The notes under the pieces were generated by a model. It was not told where the DNA came from, did no database searches, and saw only the letters and a program-made list of their open reading frames with translations. From positions 136,633 through 200,632 of the forward strand of contig JAEZCA010000035.1 in assembly GCA_023412665.1 (NCBI GenBank): a DNA stretch of 64,000 nucleotides, in the 5' to 3' direction. Shown here piece by piece: positions 29,427-36,231 of the stretch (within the stretch, counting starts at the first letter, position 1; the number at the start of each line of letters is the position of its first letter). The translations under genes were made by a program, and so were the position numbers. This DNA is from Bacillota bacterium (GTDB taxonomy: Bacteria > Bacillota > Clostridia > Acetivibrionales > DTU013).

Positions 29427-30796
29427 GCACCACACAATCCGCAGCTTATGCCTGCCATCCTGAGCTTTACAGTATTGACGAGCATGTTGCCGGTCCTCTT
29501 TAGGCTTCCGTTTACCAGTCCGTCATCATTCTGTCCGCTCTCATCGTGCCTGCTCTCATTCAGTCCGTTCTTCCCGCGCCTGGCCAAATCCTGCCCGTTT
29601 TCCTCGTGTCCGTTCTCCTCAAATAAATAAAGAGGATTCAGATGTATCACTCCGTCCGCATATCCGGATATTTCGCTTATCTCTAGGACCCGTCTGGTCT
29701 TGTCCCTTAATCTCGAAAGGTGGATAACTATGTCGATTGCTGAAGCTATCTGCTGACGCACAGCCTCCAGTGGCAGCGGCGCCGCTGATATAACCATTGT
29801 TTCAAGACGTTTGAGCATGTCGGCAGCGGAATTTGCATGACCTGTCGACAGGGATCCGTCATGACCGGTATTCATCGCCTGCAGCATATCAAGAGCCTCC
29901 TCGCCACGCACCTCACCGACTATTATCCTCTCCGGCCTCATCCTGAGTGATGTTTTGATAAGGTCCCGAATAGATATCCTGCCCCGTCCCTCGCTGTTGG
30001 CATTTCTGGCTTCCAGCCGGACTATGTTATCCACTCCTTTTATCTGAAGCTCAGCCGAATCCTCTATGGTGATGATTCTCTCATCAGGAGGGATCCTTGC
30101 AGAAAGGGCATTAAGGAAGGTTGTCTTGCCGCTCCCGGTGCCCCCGCAGATAAATATGTTGTATTTTGCCCTGACAAGACAGCTTAGAGCTTCTTCGGCA
30201 TCAGCGCTCAAAGAACCCAGATCAACGAGCTGCTCCAAAGTCATGGGACTGTCCGGAAACTTTCTGATCGTCATTATCGGTCCGTTCAATGCCACTGGCT
30301 TTAAAACAACATTCACCCTTGAACCATCCGGCAATGCGAAGTCAACTATGGGAGAAGCCTCATTGACTATCCTGTTTGTGCGGGAAACGATATTGTGTAT
30401 CACATCCTCCAATCTTTCATAGCTGTCAAATGTCTTTTCAAGCCTGTATATGTGTCCTCCTCGTTCTATGAAGAGCTTGTCCGGTCCATTGATCATGACT
30501 TCGGTTATGCTTCTGTCCTCAATGACAGGCTGCAGTATATCAAGTCTCCTCATGGAGTTGAACACAAGGTCGGCCAGCTCACGCTTTTGTGCAATATTCA
30601 GATATGCTCTTGATGATTTGCGAAAAACTGCTTCTGTGATAGTATCCATCAGTTCTTCATCAGAAACCTCTCTGGACCTGTCAAGACCTTGCGTTATCTC
30701 CGATCTGATATCCTCGGCAAGCGTCCTGCAGTCATCACCCCGTCCACAGATACCCAATGCCTGTATTGCACCGGCAGCATCATGCACTGTACTCAC
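29423..30796 (-). CDS. cpaF: CpaF/TadA-type secretion ATPase
   Basis: Walker A GGTGSGKTTFLNAL, IITIEDSAEL, Walker B RMRPERIIVGEVRG and His box TGHDGSLSTGHANSA. There is an unusual ~70-aa charged/Gly-rich C-terminal tail. Confidence 0.92.
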   Translation of the reverse strand: MSTVHDAAGAIQALGICGRGDDCRTLAEDIRSEITQGLDRSREVSDEELMDTITEAVFRKSSRAYLNIAQKRELADLVFNSMRRLDILQPVIEDRSITEVMINGPDKLFIERGGHIYRLEKTFDSYERLEDVIHNIVSRTNRIVNEASPIVDFALPDGSRVNVVLKPVALNGPIMTIRKFPDSPMTLEQLVDLGSLSADAEEALSCLVRAKYNIFICGGTGSGKTTFLNALSARIPPDERIITIEDSAELQIKGVDNIVRLEARNANSEGRGRISIRDLIKTSLRMRPERIIVGEVRGEEALDMLQAMNTGHDGSLSTGHANSAADMLKRLETMVISAAPLPLEAVRQQIASAIDIVIHLSRLRDKTRRVLEISEISGYADGVIHLNPLYLFEENGHEENGQDLARRGKNGLNESRHDESGQNDDGLVNGSLKRTGNMLVNTVKLRMAGISCGLCGA

Positions 30797-31976
30797 CTCC
30801 GTCCCACAAAGCCGCTGCTTCGATCCCCGAAGCCGACACCGCTCCTCTATAGGCTGCCCATTCCCCTGAGGCTGCTGCCGGACTTTTTCCGGGAAGGATA
30901 TGATTGACTACCCTGTTCAGTTCAGCAAGAAACGCCGGATTTTCCACAGGCTTGATGAAAGCTCTGCTGTCAGATGATACTGAATGGTCCGATATCTCCA
31001 CAATAGGCTTGTATCCAAAAATACTTCCACCTGCTTTTTGTCTCTTTGAGAAATTTAGTATAGGTACGATCCTGCCAATAAGGTCGGCTCTCAGTTTGTT
31101 CTCGATCATCTCCAGACCCTTGCTGAATTTTTCGATACTGCTCTCCAGCTTGAAATCCGGTGTCAGCACCAGCAAAACGGCATCGGAATACTTCAGCACG
31201 GAGGAATTTCTTTCATTCAGGCCGGTTGGGAGGTCAATAAAGACGACATTATAGACGGAGCTTTTCCTGAACTCAAAAATAAGCCTTGAAATATCCTGAT
31301 CTGTGAGCTCATTCATATCAAGTATGTTCTCAGCCGGCCTGAAAAAATGCACGCCGGTCCCTGTGTCGGCGCATCCGGCTGCCTCCAGCTTGAGCCACAG
31401 ATTTGGGTTGTTGCCTTTGAGCTGATATATCACATTGGAAAAGCTTTGATTGGAGTCTCCATGAAAGAACATCCCTGTGGACGGTATATCTTCAAGATTC
31501 AAATAGAACGCACTCATGCCCCTGCCGGCACACAATATGCTGCAGCCTGCCGCAATACTACTTTTGCCTGTCCCTCCTGCCGGCGATACGACACTGATTA
31601 CGCGTGTACCTTCATTGCCGGATACCCGACAGTCCTTCTTGCTTCCAAGGGAGTAAAGCCTGATCACCTCGGAGATCAGCCTGTCCATATGCTGATATTT
31701 GTTTACAGCTTCCAGTCCTGCCTGAGCAAATGATTCATTCTCAGACAGTATCAGTATTGTTTCAGGATTCCCCGCACCGATCATTTCCTTGTACATTTTG
31801 CTGCTGACGAGCAGTATATCAATTTTATGAAATTCACCAAGATAGGTATTGAGGTGATCTGCGGATGAAAAAGAAGACAATTCAAACCGCTTTGGATGAT
31901 ATGTTATCAAATATTTCTCAAAATTCTGTAAATATTCTGCATCATAATCTGCTATAACAAGACTAAGCCTCCCCAA
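30780..31976 (-). CDS. CpaE/TadZ-like ParA/MinD-family ATPase with degenerate N-terminal receiver-like domain
   Basis: Deviant Walker A VVSPAGGTGKSSIA. The N-terminal ~120 aa are receiver-shaped (LVIADYDAEY...). TTG start behind a GGGGGGAG SD. 17-nt overlap with cpaF. Confidence 0.8.
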   Translation of the reverse strand: MGRLSLVIADYDAEYLQNFEKYLITYHPKRFELSSFSSADHLNTYLGEFHKIDILLVSSKMYKEMIGAGNPETILILSENESFAQAGLEAVNKYQHMDRLISEVIRLYSLGSKKDCRVSGNEGTRVISVVSPAGGTGKSSIAAGCSILCAGRGMSAFYLNLEDIPSTGMFFHGDSNQSFSNVIYQLKGNNPNLWLKLEAAGCADTGTGVHFFRPAENILDMNELTDQDISRLIFEFRKSSVYNVVFIDLPTGLNERNSSVLKYSDAVLLVLTPDFKLESSIEKFSKGLEMIENKLRADLIGRIVPILNFSKRQKAGGSIFGYKPIVEISDHSVSSDSRAFIKPVENPAFLAELNRVVNHILPGKSPAAASGEWAAYRGAVSASGIEAAALWDGGEYSA

Positions 31977-32045
31977 AACTGCTCCCCCCTGTACTTACAT
32001 TTACAACAATGCCCATAAAATAATGTAAGAATATGGTTGTGCAAT

Positions 32046-32074
32046 TATTATATGGAAAAGCTAGTTCTCTGTCA
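32046..32074 (-). promoter_or_regulatory. Consensus sigma-A promoter of the tad operon
   Basis: On the minus strand: TTGACA (32074-32069), a 17-nt spacer, then TATAAT (32051-32046). Confidence 0.75.
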
Positions 32075-32137
32075 ATTCCTATTTTTCAATTTATTTCCAT
32101 TTTATTTGGGGATACCTACAGAATACTACAGCAAGCA

Positions 32138-32749
32138 CTACCTTTCATACTTGCTGAAAAGCTCATCCTGCTGCTTTTTAACAAAGGTTTTGATATGATT
32201 AAAGACGACAGGCCCGTTATGCCTTATTTTCAGACCGTACTCATAATAGCCGTCATACTCGACCTTCCTTACTATCTCACCCGTAAGCGAGAGGATATCC
32301 CTGGTCAGGTATATGTCCATTATCAGCCTCAGACCTTTGAAATGTGATTCCTTGGAGTATATCAAAAGACCATAGTCGCTTATATCCTTTACCAGAGCAA
32401 AGCTTTTTTTATTTCCCAGCGCTTCAGCTACCCTGTAGTCAGCATAGAGTGAAACGGGAAATCGCTCGTATGACCTCATTCTGCTGCCTTCATCATATTC
32501 ATCCTCGGAATACACCAACATTTCGTCTTTCTTATTGAATTCCAGGATTCTGCCGCCCCTTATGTATACTCTTGAGTCCGTTTCATAGCATGAAACTATG
32601 GGGTCACCTGCAAGAAACATGGATTTCATACACTCCTTCGGAAGCTTGACCACTATAGTCCGCCCCTTGACATCGTTTACAATGGTGCTGAACAGATTGA
32701 TCATGGAATAGTGCCTTATTGTAACAACAGTACCTTCTGTCAGTTCCAT
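32138..32749 (-). CDS. PilZ-domain protein (YcgR-like c-di-GMP receptor)
   Basis: PilZ motifs RSYER (RxxxR) and DISDYG (DxSxxG). Start is at MELTEGT (ATG 32749). Confidence 0.8.
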   Translation of the reverse strand: MELTEGTVVTIRHYSMINLFSTIVNDVKGRTIVVKLPKECMKSMFLAGDPIVSCYETDSRVYIRGGRILEFNKKDEMLVYSEDEYDEGSRMRSYERFPVSLYADYRVAEALGNKKSFALVKDISDYGLLIYSKESHFKGLRLIMDIYLTRDILSLTGEIVRKVEYDGYYEYGLKIRHNGPVVFNHIKTFVKKQQDELFSKYER

Positions 32750-33026
32750 GCCACACCCCCGCGAACTAGTATATACATAATTATACAATATCTGTGTCTC
32801 ACATGAAAGATTTCTATCAATTTTTCCTGAAAATCACCTGCTTTTAGTACTCCAGGCCATATTCTGCAACTGATACCTTATGCTATTTTACTGTCACCGA
32901 CTTGAACCGGTATTAATATAATGTATTGACAGCTGGTATGCAAGTAACAATTTTGACCTAAGAAGAATAAATTGAATTAGCGATAAAAATTTATGTTAAC
33001 TCAATGGTTGAAAGGAGGCCTCGACA

Positions 33027-33131
33027 ATGTCAGAAAGAGGATGCGGTAATTTCTTAAATGACAATTGCACCATTTTGTTCTTTATTATTCTGTTCCTGCT
33101 GCTGTTCTTCGATAACAGGCATTTTTGCTGA
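33027..33131 (+). CDS. Small hydrophobic peptide P1 (34 aa), not in the ORF track
   Basis: An AAAGGAGG SD lies 7 nt upstream. Product: MSERGCGNFLNDNCTILFFIILFLLLFFDNRHFC. It is followed by a strong terminator and is a paralog of P2. Confidence 0.65.
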   Translation: MSERGCGNFLNDNCTILFFIILFLLLFFDNRHFC

Positions 33132-33174
33132 GCAGCGGTATTGAAGAAAACCGGCAATTAGTAAGTATGTCGTA

Positions 33175-33205
33175 GAAACCACCCTTTAAGGGTGGTTTTG
33201 CTTTG
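33175..33205 (+). terminator. Intrinsic terminator after P1
   Basis: GAAACCACCC-TTTAA-GGGTGGTTTT followed by GCTTTG. Confidence 0.8.
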
Positions 33206-33303
33206 TGGTCGAAAATGCTGTTTGCCAGTAACACATACCTGTGGGTGTGAATATGATATAGAAGGCAGCATGGTCAAACATGCAGATAAAGGAGGTAAAG
33301 CAA

Positions 33304-33429
33304 ATGTCAAAAGGATTCATCGGCGAAGCATTCGACAGTTGCGCGCTCTTGTTCTTCATTATCCTGTTTCTCCTGTTATTCACAGATCACAGGCATTTTG
33401 TAAGAGCTGATACAAATGTAGTCGAGTAA
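33304..33429 (+). CDS. Small hydrophobic peptide P2 (41 aa), not in the ORF track
   Basis: An AAAGGAGG SD lies 7 nt upstream. Product: MSKGFIGEAFDSCALLFFIILFLLLFTDHRHFVRADTNVVE. It shares the LFFIILFLLLF-D-RHF core with P1. Confidence 0.65.
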   Translation: MSKGFIGEAFDSCALLFFIILFLLLFTDHRHFVRADTNVVE

Positions 33430-33440
33430 CAAGCTTAATC

Positions 33441-33620
33441 ATAACGCATCGTTCAAAGAAAAATTTTTGATTGTAGAAAATTTTTCTTACCTCTGCGCGT
33501 TTCAACGAGGCGGGAGATATACTCACCGCCTGAAAGGTAAATCGGTACCCGCCACTAAGCGTTTTCAGCCCGAGGGCTGAAAATACGTAAAGAGGTGGGG
33601 GACATCTATCAACTCGTTAT
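33441..33620 (+). repeat. Intergenic modular repeat, copy B (most complete copy)
   Basis: The copy is bounded by ATAACG...CGTTAT inverted termini. It contains A/T palindromes (GAAAAATTTTT, AGAAAATTTTTCT), a GTTTCAACGAGGCGGGAGATAT module and a 9-bp hairpin TTTTCAGCC-CGAG-GGCTGAAAA. Related copies lie at 5194, 52180, 57097 and 57606. Confidence 0.8.
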
Positions 33621-33638
33621 ATGAAGGGAGTGTATGGC

Positions 33639-33782
33639 ATGGCAGATAATGAAAGAGGCGGGCTTTTCGGATGCGGCTTCGGTTTTAACTGGATCTGGAT
33701 CATCATAATAATACTGGTCATCATCCTGCTGTTTCCCGCAATTTTTGGCAGAGAAGAAGAAGAAGGGTATTATAAGGAATAA
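33639..33782 (+). CDS. Small hydrophobic peptide P3 (47 aa), YjcZ-like Gly/Phe-rich N-terminus; not in the ORF track
   Basis: AAGGGAG SD. Product: MADNERGGLFGCGFGFNWIWIIIIILVIILLFPAIFGREEEEGYYKE. Confidence 0.6.
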   Translation: MADNERGGLFGCGFGFNWIWIIIIILVIILLFPAIFGREEEEGYYKE

Positions 33783-34118
33783 AGAATTACCGGCACGATC
33801 CGCTTACTCATAACACCAGTTCGGTACTTATGCCTCAGAGGATAGCTATCCAGGCCCGGAAACGGGCTGATATTGCTGTCCTCTTTGTTTTGCGTCAAAG
33901 TATGTATTAATCAGCAAAATCTTTTATCAATTTTCATATTGCTGCTCATAATTAAGTCGAAAACTTGTATTTTTTCCCTATTAATGATATAATATCGTTG
34001 GGTATTTATAAATAAAAGCAAAAAACAATTGGGGTCGATTTTTTTACCCTGATTTTTTATCTGTCTATACGAATAGATGTTATGGTGGCAAAACCATAAA
34101 GGGCATAGGATGTAAAAA

Positions 34119-35846
34119 ATGAGGTTGAGTTCAGTTAAACTGCCAGTTTTGATAACGCTGATTTTCTCGATAATTATTCCGGTACAGGCAAACGCTGCTG
34201 CGCTGCCCTCTTCTGTCGCGCCGACAAGCAACTATGAAAAAGCAGTTGATCTGAAGGTGCTTGGACTGTTCGCAAACAAACCCGCAAATTTCGAGCTTGA
34301 CCGTGCTCCCACAAGGGCAGAGGGCGCTGTCATGCTTGTCCGCCTGCTGGGAATGGAGTATCAGGTAAAACAGGCGGATTACTCACATCCATTCACCGAC
34401 GTACCATCCTGGGCTGACAATTATGTGGGCTATATCTATCAGAACGGCATTGCCAACGGGATCAGCGACAGCTTGTTCGGTTCCTCCAATCTGATGTCGG
34501 CAGCGCAATATGTCACTTTTGTCCTTCGCTCCATGGGCTATGAAGATAACGTAGACTTCAGCTATTCCAAAGTGTTGGACAAGGCTCTTGAATTGCGGCT
34601 TTTGACTGCTGCTGAATCAGCAGGCCTCAAAAACAGGACTGCCTTCCTGAGAAATGATCTCGTGGCTATATCACATAACGCGCTGTCTGTCAGAATGAAA
34701 GGCTCAAGACAGACTCTGCTCGAAAAGCTGGTCGATAACGATAAGGCAATTTTCAGACCGACTGCCCAAAAGCTCGGACTTTACCCAACCGATTTCAACA
34801 GGCATTATGGTAACGTGGAATTATTTAATCCGCCCTCGACAAAAAACGGCCTTGTTATAAAAAACAAAACCGAATTGATAAAAATCATAACAAAATCTCT
34901 ATTGAACTATGATACCAGCATTAATATTGATATATCAGAATACAAGGGCAGCATTGCCGACGAGTTCGAAGCTGCCTTCGACACAGCAAAACATTCAGCA
35001 GAGGAGATCGCCTCTGTTGACGATTTTGTTCAAAAATGGAGTTATACCTGTGACAATCGCCACATGAAGCTGGAATTCACCTACAGGTATGAGAAAAAGG
35101 AATATGAAATCAGGAGAAGCAAGGTCAAGGCTGCGATCAACAAAGCACGCCGTGTCGTAGCAGAAAATATAAATATGGATATGTCAGAATTTGATAAGGA
35201 AAAAATACTGCATGACTACATAATAAACAACACAAGGTATGATTACGGAAATTACACCAGCGATACACTGTCTGATGATGCTTTTGAGGAGTATGGCAGC
35301 CTTCTTTCAGGGTATGCTGTCTGCGAAGGATATGCCGAGACAATGAAGCTGCTCTGTGATCTCTCCGGTATTGAGTGCATAATTGCAACGGGAAAGACAG
35401 AAACTGATGGCATAATACAGGGACATGCCTGGAATATAGTAAAAATTGAAAATGAATATTACCATGTCGATTGTACAAATGACGATCCTGTGACAAAGGA
35501 CGGCTCACAGATACTCACATACTGCTATTTCAATCTGACAGACGATGAAATGATGAAGGTGGCCACATGGAACAAAGCTTTATATCCCATATGCGACAGC
35601 ACAAAAAACAGCTATTATTACAAGTACAACATGGTTGCAGACAACAGGGAAGCTTTTGACCGGGTACTGACCGAGGAACTTGAAAAAAGAAGCTCTGTTA
35701 TTGAACTGAAGGTGACGGATTACTCAAAAAGCACCTATTCCAATATCTCGGATCTGATTTTCAGAACAAAATCCGTTTTGAAATACTATTATACTGTTAA
35801 TGACGATTTCGGCATTATAAGAATATTCAACATCAAATACTCCTGA
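34119..35846 (+). CDS. SLH-domain protein with C-terminal transglutaminase-like cysteine protease core
   Basis: Signal peptide, then SLH repeats (TRAEGAVMLVRLLG; FTDVPSWADNYVGYIYQNGIANG). Catalytic triad context: GYAVCEGYAE, QGHAWNIV, HVDCTNDD. Confidence 0.85.
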   Translation: MRLSSVKLPVLITLIFSIIIPVQANAAALPSSVAPTSNYEKAVDLKVLGLFANKPANFELDRAPTRAEGAVMLVRLLGMEYQVKQADYSHPFTDVPSWADNYVGYIYQNGIANGISDSLFGSSNLMSAAQYVTFVLRSMGYEDNVDFSYSKVLDKALELRLLTAAESAGLKNRTAFLRNDLVAISHNALSVRMKGSRQTLLEKLVDNDKAIFRPTAQKLGLYPTDFNRHYGNVELFNPPSTKNGLVIKNKTELIKIITKSLLNYDTSINIDISEYKGSIADEFEAAFDTAKHSAEEIASVDDFVQKWSYTCDNRHMKLEFTYRYEKKEYEIRRSKVKAAINKARRVVAENINMDMSEFDKEKILHDYIINNTRYDYGNYTSDTLSDDAFEEYGSLLSGYAVCEGYAETMKLLCDLSGIECIIATGKTETDGIIQGHAWNIVKIENEYYHVDCTNDDPVTKDGSQILTYCYFNLTDDEMMKVATWNKALYPICDSTKNSYYYKYNMVADNREAFDRVLTEELEKRSSVIELKVTDYSKSTYSNISDLIFRTKSVLKYYYTVNDDFGIIRIFNIKYS

Positions 35847-35943
35847 TAGACTAATCCTAACCTGAACAGTTTCCAAACCGCCGGTACTGGCCCGGTGCAT
35901 ATCTGGCAAATAAAGGGATAAAAGGGCGCTTGCCTACCCTTTT

Positions 35944-36016
35944 AAAACAAAAAAACTGGTTTACATAAACCAGTTGTGTTCCGATTCTCCACCATCTTCA
36001 TTTTTTCATTCTTTCT
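35944..36016 (-). ncRNA. Candidate small RNA (orphan promoter-terminator unit), ~70 nt
   Basis: The minus strand has TTGACA-17-CACAAT, and ~50 nt later a perfect 9-bp hairpin AACTGGTTT-ATGT-AAACCAGTT followed by TTTTTTTGTTTT. No minus-strand gene lies nearby. The unit could alternatively encode a 19-aa peptide, MKMVENRNTTGLCKPVFLF, but that ORF has a poor SD. Confidence 0.4.
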
Positions 36017-36022
36017 GATTCT

Positions 36023-36051
36023 ATTGTGACATCAAAGCCTCTCATTGTCAA
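36023..36051 (-). promoter_or_regulatory. Promoter of the candidate sRNA
   Basis: TTGACA (36051-36046), 17 nt, then CACAAT (36028-36023) on the minus strand. Confidence 0.45.
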
Positions 36052-36231
36052 GATAAAACGGAAAAAACTAAGAAAAACAGATATCAGAGGCTGTATTTCC
36101 CTTGACAGGTGTGGGAGCTCATAATTTTTTTTAAAAAAGCCCTTTATTTTATTCCCTGCATTTAGTAAAATTTAATTCCGCGCTTCAAAACACTGTCTGT
36201 AAATTAAACACATCTTCGGAGGTGATGAACA

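Noticed and set aside
32789-33026. Possible c-di-GMP (GEMM) riboswitch upstream of the PilZ/tad genes
   Set aside because: I read both strands and found no GEMM-like conserved core (e.g. the ACGCAAAGC-type segment). Only ordinary promoter-like A/T-rich sequence is present.
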